Assembly: GCA_004431415.1 (NCBI GenBank) | Contig: QPMI01000061.1 | Location: 62,001-126,000, forward strand | Source of the DNA: Cyanophora paradoxa CCMP329 | Taxonomy: Eukaryota > Plantae > Glaucophyta | DNA length: 64,000 nucleotides | Direction of reading: 5' to 3' | In this document: one piece after another, positions 1 to 12,476 of the stretch | Layout: each line of letters opens with the position of its first letter | Position numbering within the stretch: the first letter of the stretch is position 1 | Made by a program: the position numbers and the translations under genes | Notes under the pieces: generated by a model | Databases searched by the model: none | The model's input: only the letters and a program-made list of their open reading frames with translations | Told to the model about the DNA's origin: nothing

Positions 1-3000
1 CCGCTTGAGGGCGGGGCCGGGGAGGGCGAGGAAGCGGACTTCGTGTCGATGCGGCGCATGCGCTGGTCCCTCTGGCGCCTCACCCTCTTCGCCCTCGTCT
101 CGCTCCTCTCTGGCGGCCTCCTCCCCCTCGTCCGCCCGCCCCGCCCGCCCCCAGCGACGCCAGAGCTCATCCCTCGCTCCGGTGCGCGCGCAGGCGGCCT
201 CGCAGTTCCCCGCGATCCTCGCGTACGGGACGAAGCGGACGTGCCGGGAGGACGAGCCGTGCAGCAGTGTTCTCCTCCTCTCCCAGAGCGGGCGCTATAG
301 CGAGCACCCGATCCGCACGCGCGCGTGGCAGTCCTCGAAGGAGATGGGCCTGGTGGCGGCCAAGGAGCGCGAGCGCGTCTCCTACTTCAGCTACCAGTTC
401 AAGCGCTTCTCCAAGGTCGCCGAGGACCGCTTCGCCCGCATGCGGCGCGCCCCCGCCCCGCCCGCCCGCGCCCCGCCCCCGCCCCTCACCCCGCCCCGGC
501 AGGTACGTGGTGGAGCGCCCGCTGGGGATCCTGGTCTCGGAGGTGGGGCGGGGCCTCTCCTTGGAGCAGGCGCGCCGCCGGGCCCTCCTCTTCGGGTGCC
601 GCCCCTCGCCCCACCCCGCCCCCGCGCGCCCCGTCGAGCAGCGCGGCGGGGGGGCGGGCGCAGGCCGAACGAGCTGCGGGCGCACGTGCCGGGCGTTCTC
701 GTCTCCTTCGTCAGCAAGCTCTTCCGCCCCATGTTCCTCTTCCAGGCCTTCACCTTCTCCGTCTGGATCGCCGAGGAGTACTACCCGTCCGCCCCCCCCT
801 CCCCCCGCCCGCCCCGCCCTCGGGCCTCCCCCGAGGGCCCCCTGTGCGCGCAGGTACGGGTCGTTCGTGATCGCGCTGACGTTCGCGTCGCTCCTGTGGG
901 AGCTCTACGTCGAGCGCACGCAGTGCGCGCGCCCCCCGCCCCGCCCTTCCCCCCTCGCCGCCCCCTCACCCACCGGCCCCGCCCCCGCAGGGCCGCCCGC
1001 CTCGACCGCCGGCTCGTGCAGAAGGCGCGGTCGCCGAGGCCCCTCCGCGCGCCCCGGTGCCTCGCTGAGGGCGGGGCGGGGCGGGGCGCAGGAGAGCGTG
1101 GTGGCGGTGCGGGACGGGCGGAGGTGCGGGTCCCCTCGGTGCGCCTCGTGCCGGGCGACGTCCTCCTCCTCGACCGCCCGGGGCCCATCCTCGCCGACCT
1201 CGGTCCGCCCCGCTCCCCGGCCCACCCGCCCCCCCCCCCCCCCCCCAATCCCCCCCCAACCCGCCCCGCCAGTCCTGCTCTCGGGCCCCGACTGCCTGGT
1301 GGACGAGTCGAACCTGCGGGGCGTGGCGATGCCGATCTCGAAGCAGCCGCTGGCGCCCGTGGCGGCGGCGGCGCCCGGCGTGCGCTTCGAGCCGGCTGAG
1401 CACGCCTCCCACGTCCTCCTCTCCGGCACCCAGCTCCTCCAGATCAGGCCCGCCCCCCGCCCCTCCGCCCGCTCGCCCCGCCCCGCGCGAGCTGAGCTGC
1501 GCCCCGTGCGCTCGCAGCCCGGCGGGGGAGGGCGGGGAGGGGCGGGTGCGGGCGCTGGTCTTCCGGACGGGTTTCCAGACAGAGAAGGGCTCCTTCTTCC
1601 ACCGCATCCTCTTCCCGCGCCGCCCCGGCCGCAACATCCTGGCCGACATGTACCAGTACTACTCGCTGATGCTCTGCATGGCGGTGGTCACCTTCTTCAT
1701 CGCCCTCTCCAACTACACCCGCAACGCCGAGGGGCCCCTCTCCGCCTCCGCCCTCTTCCTCTCCTGTGCCGACATCGCCACCGTCCGCCCCGCCCCCGCC
1801 CCCCGCAACCCCCGGCCCCGCCCCCGGCGCCCGCCCCTCACGCCCCTCCTTCAGATCGCCATCCCGCCGGCCCTCTTCCTCCTCCAGGGCCTGGTCGTGG
1901 TGCGTGGACCCCCTCGCCGCCTCGCGGGGGCGCCGGCGCGAGGGGAGGGGCCAGATCGTGGGGCGGGTGCGGCTGGAGCGGCTGGGGTGCCAGGTGGGGG
2001 ACCCCTACCGCATCTCCGCCGCCGGCCAGTGCGACACCATGTGCCTTGACAAGGCGCGCCCGCCTCTCGCCCCCCGCGCCGCACGGGAGCTGAGCGTTGC
2101 GCAGACGGGGTGCCTGACGTCGGAGAAGCTGGAGTTCGCGGGGGCGCAGCCGGCCCTCCGCGGGGCCTTCCGCGAGGTCATGGCCCAGTTCCTCCCGGTG
2201 CCGTATCCCCCCGCAGGCGTCTCCTCGCCCCGCCTCGAGCCCCCGGGGCCGGGCAGGGGTCGGCCCCCGAGCTGCAGCGGTGCCTGGCGGCGAGCCACGG
2301 GCTGCTCCCCGGGCAGGAGGCCCAGGGCATCAACGCCGTCGACTCCGAAACCTTCTCCGGCTCCGGCTTCGTTCGCGCCCCGCGCCCCGCGCCCGAGTCC
2401 CGCCGGCCTTACCGCCCCGCCGGCCGGCAGACGCTGGTGCAGCCGGACCGGAGCAAGGAGCGGCAGCGGCACGCGCTCGCCATCGCCAAGCCGCCAGCCA
2501 GCGTCCAGGGGCCCGACGGTGCGCCGCACGCGCCCGGCCGGCCGAGGCCCCTCGAGGCGAGGCGGGGCGGCGCAGACGACGGGGAGGAGCTGGTGCTGCT
2601 GCGGCGCTTCGACTTCGACGCGCGGCTGCGGTGCGCGTCGGTGCTCGCGATGGGCATCCGCACCGCCTCCCTCCGCTCCTTCGCCAAGGGCGCCCCCGAG
2701 GCCATCCGGCCCCTCTGCCTCCCCCACACCGGTCCGCCCCCGCGCCGGGCCCCCCGCCGGGCCCCCATGCCGGCGGGGCGGGGCGCTGAGGGGGCGGGCA
2801 GTGCCAGCGAACTTCGACAAGGTGCTGCACGCGCACCAGGCGGCGGGGCTCTTCGTGCTCGCCTGCGCCTCGCGGACCCTCCCCTTCCTCTCGCCCCCGG
2901 AGGTCCTCGCCTTCCCCCGCCGCGAGGCTGAGTCCCACCTCGAGTTCTGCGGGTCCGCCCCCGAGCCCCGCCCCCTCGGAGCCCCGCCTCGCTCGCCCGC

Positions 3001-5536
3001 TCACCCGCCTCCCCGGCAGGTTCGTGCTGCTGAGGAACCCCGTCAAGCCGCAGGCGTCGGCCCTGATGGCGAGCCTCGGACAGGCCGCCGTCCGCCCCGT
3101 CGTCGTGCGCCTTCCCCCCGCCGGCCCCCTGCCCCCGGGGCCGGCCTGTGAGCTCGGCGGCGGGGCGGCAGGTGACGGGAGACTCGCTGCTGACGGCGGT
3201 GGCCGTCTCGCGCGGCTGCGGGCACCTCGCCCCCGACGCCCGCGTCTTCGTCGTCGACCTCGACCCCGCCTGCCCGCCCCGCCTCCACGCCCCGCCTCTG
3301 CTGCGGTTTCGATTGCGACGGGGCGCGCGCGCAGCGGTCGAGGGGCGGCGGGCGGTGGCGGCGGGGGAGAAGCGGGACGAGGAGGCGGACGAGGTGGAGG
3401 TGCTGGTGTACAACGCGAGCGACCCGTCGCGCCTGCTCGACCTCCGCGACACCCTCGACGAGGAGGAGGGCGCCCCCTCGGCCTTCGCCGTCTCGGGCTC
3501 CGCGCTCGCCTTCATGCGGCGGCGCGTGGCGCTGGCGCAGCGCCTCGCGGAGGAGGCGCTCGCGGCGGACGACGAGGGGGCGCTGGAGGCGTGGGACGAG
3601 GCCGAGGCCCTCCGGCACCTCTTCCTCCGCCTCCTCGAGCGGGCGGCGCTCTTCGCGCGGGTGACGCCCGAGGAGAAGGGCCGCCTGGTGCACGACCTCG
3701 AGCACGAGCTCGGGCACCGCGTCGCCGTCGTCGGGGACGGCCTCAACGACTGCGCCGCCCTCCGCGAGGCCACCGTCGGCGTCGCCGTCGCCAACACCGA
3801 GGCCTCCACCGGTCCGCCCCGCCTCGCCCGCCCCGCGCCCCGGGGCCCGTGGGCGCGCCGGGCCGCCCACGCGCCTCCCCCGCCCCAGTCGCCTCGTTCA
3901 CGTCCGTCAAGCGGAACCTCCTCGGCGTGCGCCGCGGCCCCTGCACGGCCCCTTTGCCCGCGCCGCCTGGCCCCCGACCGCCGGCGCGCAGTGCGGGGAC
4001 GTCATCCGGCAGGGCCGCTGCACCCTCTCCTGCAGGTCGCGCCCGCCGCGCCCGCCCTCGCCCCCCGCCCCCCCCCCCCCCCCCAAAAAAAGCTCACGCC
4101 CCCCCCCCCGCCCCCCCCCCCGAACGCAGCTACACGCTCTTCAAGTTCATGGTCCGGCGCTCCCCGCGCCGCTGCCCGGCGCGCGCTCCGAGGCTCTGAC
4201 GGGGCGCGCGGCGGCGCCCACGGCAGGCGGTCTGCAACTGCATGCAGCTCATGTGGGCCCTGCGCCTCAACTACATAAGCCAGCAGGTGCGCCCGAGCCG
4301 CGCACTATTGAACGACTGGCTGCTGATCTCCGACCGCCCCCCTCCAGTTCTCGGCCACACAGGTGCGCCCGAGGCGCGCCCGGCTTGCGCCCGCCCGCTC
4401 TGACCCCGCGCAGTACCTCTGGCACAACCTCGGCATCGTCTTCCCAAACGGTCCCCCCTCCCACCCTGTCCGGTCGGCCCCCTCCTGACTTCGGCCGCCG
4501 CAGCGATCACGATCTCGCTCTCGCCGCCGCTGCGGCGCCTGACGCCGAACCGGCCGCGCTCGTACCTGGTGAACCTGGTGGTGACGGCGGTGTGCCAGCT
4601 GGCCATCGCGGGGGCCGCCTTCGGCGCCGTCCAGCACCTCGTCGCCGAGCGCTTCCCCGCCCCGCCGGGCACCCTCGGCGCCCCGCAGCTGGCGTCGGCG
4701 GCGTGGCTGGTGGGCAACGTGCAGTTCTTCGCGGCGGCCTTCGCGGTGTACAGCTACCGCCCGGACGAGCAGTTCCGGGAGCCGCTCTACAAGGTATTCA
4801 TTCGACACTCGAAGACTGTTGTCGGAACATTATCCTGATGTTTGGTTTAGAACCCCGTCTACGTCGTCTTCTCGCTGGCGCACTTCGGGGTCTCCTCCTG
4901 GCTCCTCCTCGCCGACGCCCCGGGCCTGGGGGAGCTCTTCGGGCTCGTCCCCCTCGGCGACGACCAGCTCTTCCGCCTCCTCCTCTGGGGCATCGGCGCC
5001 GCCCAGACCGTCGCTGCCATGGCCGTCGAGCGCTACGTCGTGGGGCCCCTCACCCCCCGCCTCCGCGACGCCGCCCGCGCCGCCGGCCGCGCCCTCCGCT
5101 CCGCCGCCGAGTCCCTCCAACGGTGCTCCCCGCCCCGCGCCCCTGCCCCGGGTGGACGCGCCTCGACGCGGGGCGGGGCAGGCGGTGGATCGCGTTCGCG
5201 AGCGGTGCGGAGCTGCAGGACGCCGCGGCGCACGACGAGGTCGCCCGCCCCCGCTTCTCCCTCGCCTACGACCGCCCCGCCCCGGGCCCCGCCTCGGGCC
5301 CTTCCCGCCTCGCCCGCCCCGGGCCCCGCGGCGCCGCTCTCCGCCCTCGACGCGGCGGCGGAGGCGGCGGTGGCGGCGGTCGAGGGCCGGGCCGCCTCCC
5401 CGGCGGCCGGCCCCGCGCGGGCGCGCGTCGCCAAGCGCGTCTCCATGGCCTCCGCCGCCTCCGAGCCCTCCGACCTCGAGGCCGGGCCGCCCCGCCGCCC
5501 TCCCGCCCCGCCACCCCCTCGGCCCCGCCGCCCGCC

Positions 5537-5570
<34 letters not shown>

Positions 5571-5865
5571 GCGCTCGCGCTCGCGCTCGCTGCGGCGGAA
5601 CGCATCGACGGGGGCGGGGCGGGGGGCGGCGAGGGGCGCGCGGGCGCTCGCGAGGACGAACACGCAGTCGAGCGCCCAGACGGGTGCGAGCGCGGAGGCG
5701 GCCGCGGCCGAGCGGCCGCGCGTCGGCTTCGGGGCGCGCGGGGCATCAATCCGGCGGACGCGGTCGCTGGCGGGGCGGACGGTCTCGCAGGCATCGGGGG
5801 CCGCCTCCCTCGGCGGGGGCCCCACCGACGAGGACTTCACCGAGACGGACGCCACCTGGATCTGA
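1..5865 (+). CDS. P5B-type (ATP13A-like) P-type ATPase, multi-exon, 5' end probably outside window; catalytic motifs divergent
   Basis: Spliced exons give LVPGDV, DESNL.G..MP, IAIPPAL, CLDK|TGCLT (intron 2054-2104), KGAPE, VTGDSLLTAVAVSRGCG, LFARVTPEEK, VGDGLNDCAAL, DVIRQGRC..SYTLFKFM and C-terminal TM helices. Stop TGA at 5863-5865 is inferred. Confidence 0.9.
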
Positions 5866-6155
5866 CGTCTCGTTTCTGCTTTTTCGCATTCCACTAGGTT
5901 AAGTAAGCGTAGGATGCAATCATGAATAGCAAAGTACGCATTCGGAGTAGATTAAGACCGGGTGGTTAGCGTTCAGCTCGGAGTATTTCGATCCAGTTCT
6001 TTTTCGCAGCAGGGATCTGCAAAATATTGTGTTGCCTGCATTCAAGTATTGCTTGCGCAGTTGGAGGGCCCGGGCCCGAAGTCTCATTGTGAAATGCGCA
6101 CTCGCATTTGAAAGAAGGCGCAGAGAAAGTCTGGAGCAAAGGCGCGGGACTAAGG

Positions 6156-9100
6156 CTAGCGGCCGCTGTCGTAGTAGGGAGGGGGCGGCCCCCGCGGGGG
6201 AGGGGGCCCGTGTGGGGGTGGGGAGAAGGAGCGGTCGCTCGGGTAGGAGTGAGGCGGGGGGTACGGGGGCCCGGAGCGGTCGGGGCCGTACCCGAAGTTG
6301 GAACGGCGAGGGGGGCTGTGGGGGCGCGACCCGAAGCCGCTGGAAGGGCCGTAGGTCGGGGAGCCGCGGGGTGGGGGGTACTCGCGCGGGGCCGCGCGCG
6401 GCGGGGGGCTGGGGGATTGGGGCGGAGGAGGGCTCCAGCGGGAGCCGCCTGCAAGGGGCGTCAGGGGCGGCCGTGGCGCGCGGGAGGGAAGGCGGCGCAC
6501 GGGGCGGAGAGATGGGCTCCGGCTCGAACGCGTAGGGGCGGTTGCGGGGCATAAAGGGCTCCTGCAGGCGCCGCTCCCGCTCTCGCTCGCGCTCGCGCTC
6601 GCGCTCGCGCTCCCGAATCTCGCGCATCTCGCGAAGCTCGCGCAGGTCCCGCGGCGTTTCCCGATCCCAGTCCCGGTCCCGAGCGTCCCTCCTCGGCGGA
6701 GGCGGCGGCACCTGCGTCGCCGTCAACCGCCACGGCCGATGGGCGGGGCCGGGCGGGCGAGGGTGGCGCGCACCGGCATGCGGGTCGGGTCGAAGGGGGC
6801 GCGCTCAAAGCCGGGTCGGTCGCGGTCCGAGGAGCGGTCGCGGGGCGGGGGCGGCGGGCGGGGCATGCGGGCGGCGTCGAGGTCGCTGGCGCGGTCCGGG
6901 CCGCGGTCCCAGCCGGCCTCCCGCTCCCGCTCCCGCGGCGGCATCGAGATGGACGGCGGCAGGGACCCCCGGGGGGGCGGAGACGGGCCGCCCCGCACCG
7001 GCGGCGACGGGCTGCTGCGGCTGCTGACCGGGGGCCCCCAGCCGCCAGCCGGGAGCACGTCCCGCTCCCGATCGCGCTCCCGATCTCGATCCCGTTCGCG
7101 GTCGCGCTCCCGGTCGCGGTCCCGCTCCCGCTCCCGCTCCCGTTCTCGCTCCCGCTCGCGCTCCCGCTCCCGCTCCCGTTCGCGCTCGCGCTCCCGCTCG
7201 CGCTCGCGTTCGCGTTCGCGGAAGGCTGCGGTGCCGGGAGTCATGGCTTTGAGCTCGGGGCTGCCGCCTGGCGTCGAGCTGGAGCTGGCGCGACCTATCC
7301 TGTCCAGCGGCACTTCACCAGGTTCGCCAGTCGTGCCGGAGGCTCCCGCTGCCCCGCTGCCGACGCCACCGGTCGCAGCGCCGCTTCCGCCGGCGCCGCT
7401 GAGGGAGGCGCCGGGCTTGGCTGCCGCGGCGGCAATGGCAGCTGCCATGGCCTGCACAGGGGAAACGATGTTCATCTTGACGGGAATCGCGTTGGCGCCA
7501 GCGACGGGCGGGCGACCCACAGCGTTGCTGCCCGATGCCACCCCGACGCCCGCTTCGGAGAGGCGCGTCTCGCCGGCGGAGGAGTCCGACGAGGCGCCGC
7601 CGGCAAAGGACGAGGCGGCGACGGCTGCTGCTGCAGGGTTCATGCCGGCGGCGATGCTGACGGCGCGCTGCAGGAAAAGCTGCTGCTGCTGCTGAATGGC
7701 AGCAGCCAGGGAGAAGGAGAGCTGGTGGGGCGGTTGGCCCAACTTCGAGGCCGCCGCAGCCGCCGCGGCAGCGGGGGCGTTCGCGGGGGGGAGGGGCGCC
7801 GCGAAGGGCGCCGCGAGGCTCGCAAGCTGAGCGGCAAGCACTGCGCCCGCCAGCGTGATGTTGGCGGGCACCCCGGGCGTCGATGCTGGCACGGCACAGG
7901 CGCTCGGCGCGGCTGCGGCGGCTGCTACTGTTGTGGACGGGCCAGGCGGCGGAGACGGGGCCAAGGCCTTTTCAGAGGATGCGGCAGCTGCTGCATCGGC
8001 TTCGGGGGGAGGGCTGGCGCGCGGCGTGAGGCTGGAGGCAGGAGCCGGAGCCGAGCTGAGGGCTGGGGTGGAGGCGGTCCGGTGGAAGGTGGAGGGCGAG
8101 CCCGTCGCCGCGGCTAGGGCGGCGGAGAAGGTGTACGGGCCAGGCGTCGGGGAGGAGGCGGGCGCTGATGTCGGCGAGGGAAGCGCGGTGGGCCGGACGG
8201 GCGTCGGGAAGGCGCCTGGGGATTGAGATGGAGGAATGGAGATCCCTCCGGGGATGGAGATGGCCCGCCGAAGGGGAGACGGGGCTGGAGGAGAGGGAGC
8301 TGGCCGCGCTTTGGAAGAGCTCTGCGATAAAAGAAGATCAGATGCGGACCCAGTAACCAAAGAAGGCGGCGGCGCGCACAGCGGCCGCTGTGCTGGAGCT
8401 GGCACTCGGAGACGACAATCCCGTGAGAGATCCACACGAGCCGACGGCAGGAACAGTTCCAGAGGGCGTCCTGGGCAGCCCAGGACCACGTGGAGTGCTG
8501 CCCGCTCCAGAAGATGTCGGCGACACGCTGGGCGCTGTTGGTGGATGTATGCCGAGCTGGCCCGGCGTCTTCTCCTGCGTCATAGGAGTATCCTCTGATG
8601 CTCTGAGGCGGCCCGATCGTAAGGGCCGCGCTGGCGGACATGGAGGGTTTGACCGGGTCGCCGCACCGCCGGCTTCTTGCTTCTTCGGACGCGCGCGGAG
8701 TTTGCGCCGGAGTTTGGCCGGACTTTGCGCGATCTACCTCGCCGCGTTTGGCCTCTTCTTGCGCGAGGACCTACGCAGCCGGTTGTCATGGAGGCGGATG
8801 TCGTCAATGCGGACGGCACACCTGCTTCAGGAGCACGAAAAGCTGGTGTTTGATGTCTGTGAAGGTATCGATCTTTGTTTGCAAGATCGCCTTCCGGTCC
8901 ACACTGTCGTTCCGGTCGCGCATGCTGCTCTCCGCCTCCAGCACATCATCATCGATGCCTTCGTCCTCTTTTCTCCGCTGTTTTTCAACCTTATCGAGCT
9001 CTGCGAAGAAGAAGTCAATGCGACATGCCCGCGTTTGCGGAAATCAAGAAAAGGAAGGGCGACCTGCGGGTCGCTCGGCAACTGCCCCCGAGCCGTCTCC

Positions 9101-9343
9101 AGACGCCAGATTCGCTTCGATCGCTCGAGCTGCCGCTTCCAATGCTGCCTGCGCGGCCGCCTTTGCCGCTGCTCTTGAATCAGCAACACGATCGAATTCA
9201 CAATTTGAAAAACGCCTTCGCCGACCCTGTTCCTGGAGCTCGGCGATTCGTTGTCTTGCGAACGACACCCGGATTGCCTCCGCCTTGATCTTAGGGTCCG
9301 GGGCTTTCGGCTGAGCCGCCTTGGTCGAACGCCGCGGCGGCAT
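6156..9343 (-). CDS. Nuclear low-complexity protein with N-terminal GPS2-like coiled coil, (RE/RD)n tracts and a Pro/Tyr-rich tail
   Basis: ATG at 9343 (MPPRRSTK...). Spliced KHQLFVLLKQ|VLAQEEAKR resembles GPS2 KHQLFLQLKKVLHEEEKRR (from memory). Long exon in ORF 6723-8489; last exon ends PPPPYYDSGR*. Confidence 0.55.
7062..7220 (-). repeat. Coding hexanucleotide repeat (CGGGAG/CGCGAG)n encoding an Arg-Glu/Arg-Asp tract
   Basis: Directly visible tandem ctcccg/ctcgcg on +, in frame in ORF 6723-8489. A shorter tract lies near 6572-6615. Confidence 0.9.
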
Positions 9344-9589
9344 CGCGACGGGAGCCTCCGCCCGCCCTCCAGACCGTCGCGAATTTGCTCACCAATTCCT
9401 GCTTCGTATCATCTACGCGTAGAGGTTGCTGCGTGAGCGCTGTCTTCGCGTTGAGCTGGGGTACACAGTCTTTGAAGCTCCGATTTTGAACGGGGCGACC
9501 GGTTCTGCCAGCTCGCACTCCGCGATGATCCGCTTCGTCTTGGACACGCAATGGGCAAGTTGAAACGACGCCCCTCAAGCTCACCACCC

Positions 9590-12370
9590 ATGCTTGAACG
9601 CGACGACCCCCTCCTAGCGTTTCTCTTCGAGGAGCCGGCGCCGGGTGCGCTTCGATGCTTCGATTGCAGTCTCACAGAATATAATAGCTGCGTTCAGAAA
9701 AGCGCCCCACCCCGCGGCGGCCGCGCCGCACCGTCGACGATGAGGAAAAGGGTGCGCCTCCATCGCGCCGGTCGCTCTCAGACCCTAAGCGCACTCGTGC
9801 AGAGAACGTCCGTGCCGTTCCTCCCCGTCAAGTAGCTCTGGCAGAGATCCCTCCCGTCCAATTTTTCGGCGGCGAGCTCGGTCTCAAGCAGTGCGCGTGC
9901 TCTCTTTGCGAAACGAAGAGCGCTGGCGAATCTGATGCCCGACCGGCATCTGATGAACCGATAGCGGTCTATAGCTAGTTTTCGAAAATCTGATGCCCGA
10001 CCGGCAGGCTTGAATGGGAGGCGCGCCGAGCGGTTCGGGCGCCCAAGTCGGGCTTCAAGCCCGTGTACATGGATTTTCCTCGGCAGGACATGGGTAATTA
10101 TAAGAGCAGCCGCGTGGACGCGAAAGGTCTCCCTCGCTGACCGCCAGCCACAGCATTCCAGTACGCGGACCGCGTGTTCAGCACCGCACCCGTCGGCGTC
10201 TTCTCATACGAGCGGGTCGACGGCGCGTCTCCCCGGGCGGCGCGTTCGCGCCGTGCCTGATCTTGCCGCGTCAGGGGTGCGGCGGTTCATCGTGACGACG
10301 TACGGTGCATTCTACCTTGGCGCTCTCTGCGAATCGCCGCGCCTGAAGCGCCTCAGAGCACTTCTGGGAGCGGTACGTCGAGACACCGGCCTACCTCAGG
10401 CACTACTACGAGGTCGGCCACCACTCTCACCTTCATAGGGGCAAGCTGGCCTGAGGGCGGGACGGTGGGGCAGGTGATCAGGGAGAACGCGGCTTGCCTG
10501 CTGTACCTGGACCTCGAGTTCGACCGGACGCTTCCGGGCAACGCGGGGCGGGACGGCGATGCCATGGTCGCCACCCTGTGTCGCCACCTGGGCGCATTCC
10601 TCGCCGAGACGTACGGCCTGCGCGAGGGCGATCTGCGGGCGCGCGCGTCGGAGCTGGACAGCAGCACGGAGAAGAAGTTCTCGCGGCACCTCGCCTTCTG
10701 CCAGCTGCGCGCCGCCTTCGCGACCAACCACGGGCAGCTGCGGCCCTTCATGCACGCCTTCGCCCGCCGCCTCGAGGCCGACCGCGCCTCGGACCCCGAG
10801 TGCGGCCCCGCCCGCCCCCTCCTGCACCCCCCGTCGACCCCGCTCCAGGGTAGAGTCGCTGTACGTGGACACTGGCAAGGGAACGAAGGCGCTCTTCGTG
10901 GACTTGGGCGTCTACACGCGCAACCGCGTCTTCCGCCTCTTCGGAAGCACCAAGCTCGGCAAGCGCGCCTACCTCGTGCGCCGCCCCGCGCCCTCTAGAC
11001 CTCCCGCTGCGCGCCCCCGACGCCAGGGCGGGGCAGTGGCCGGTGGGCTGGGACCGGGCCGAGCGGCTGCGGAACTGCGCGGCGCACCGGGCCGAATTCT
11101 ACCGGGCCCTGGTGGCGCACGTCCCCTACGAGAAGGTCGCTGCGGGGGGCAAGGAGCGCTGGCGCCTCCTCCCGCCCCTGCCCGAGGCCGTCGTCGCGCG
11201 CGCCCCGCGTCCCGCAGGCGAGGGCGGCGGCCCCGCCTGGGACCCCAGCGGGCGTGGCAGCAAGAGCTCCCCCTTCCCCTCCGTTGACGAGTGCGCCGGC
11301 CCATCCTCTGCGCCCGCCCCCCGCCCCGCCCACGCTCCCCAGGGCCGTCCTGCGGGCGTGGGACCGGCTCGCGCTGGAGAACTCGGGGGTGGCGAGCCTG
11401 CCCGTGGGGGTCGCGGAGGCGCCGGCTGGAGGGAAGCCCGGGGGCGCGCGGCTGCAGAACTGGAGCTACTTCGCGGCCTCGCGGGTGCTGGTGTACACGC
11501 TCGCGGGGAACCGCTTCTGCTGCAGCGCGGGGCGGCACCACCGCTCCAACGGCGTCTACCTCATCGCCTCCCTCGCCAGGCCGGCCCGCGCGCGCGTGCG
11601 CCCCCCGCCGGTGCTCGCGCTGACGCGCTCCGTCGCGCAGGGGAACGTTCTACCAGAAGTGCTTCGACTTCGAGTGCGGGGACTTCCGCTCGAACGAGTT
11701 CCCCATCGACCCCGCCGCCCTGCCCCCGTCCGGCGACCCCGGCGATGGCGAGGGCGAGGCCGCCGAGGAGGCCCCCACCGCGGCCGGGAGCCAGGCGGCG
11801 GCGCCGGCGGCCCCCGAGCGGGACTCGTTCGGCATGGTGTACGACGAGGACTTCTTCCGCCAGGCGCCCCCCGCCCCGCCGCCCCACCCCTCCCCTCTCC
11901 GATGCCGTCGCGCAGCTCGATGCCGCCGAGAGTGCGTACCGGAGGCGGGAGCAGGGGGCGCCTGGCCCGAGCCAGCCGCCTCCCGCTTGCGGGGCGACGG
12001 GGGCCGAGGAGGAGGAGCCGTTCGACGAGGAAGCTCTTGCGCAGCTCGACGCCGCCGTCGCTCGCTACTACGGTCTGCCGTCCGACGGTCCACCCGCGCG
12101 CTGGCGTGCCGGCACCTCTGACGCCCTGAGCAGGCACGCAGGCCGGGGAGGCCAAGGAGGGTGCGAGCTCGAGCGCGGGGGGGGCGAAGGGGCCGGTGCC
12201 GGCGCCTGCCCCTGTACACGTGGAGCTGGAGGAGGAGGACGAAGCGTTCCTGGAGGAGCTCGCCGCCTTCGAGGCGAAGCTCCTCGCCGACCGCGCTCAG
12301 CAGCAGCAGCAGCAGCAGCAGTTGGACCGTGTACCGAAGAATACGTAGGAATCTAGATCACAAGCTGTAA
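9590..12370 (+). CDS. PRIMPOL: PrimPol, DNA primase/polymerase (AEP + UL52-like Zn finger), multi-exon; start and stop approximate
   Basis: HYYE|VIRENAACLLYLDLEF (motif A DxE), DSSTEKKFSRHL (SxH), FVDLGVYTRNRVFRLFGSTK, NRFCCSAGRHHRSN...YQKCFDFECGDFRS. Confidence 0.93.
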
Positions 12371-12476
12371 GCGCACAGAAAGGCTCGGATCGCTGCTCAC
12401 AGGGGCGTACGGCATTTTGCAATCGCGAAGTTTGACGTTCGCCCCTCGTCGATCGCTGTCGGACTTGCACGTCGCG

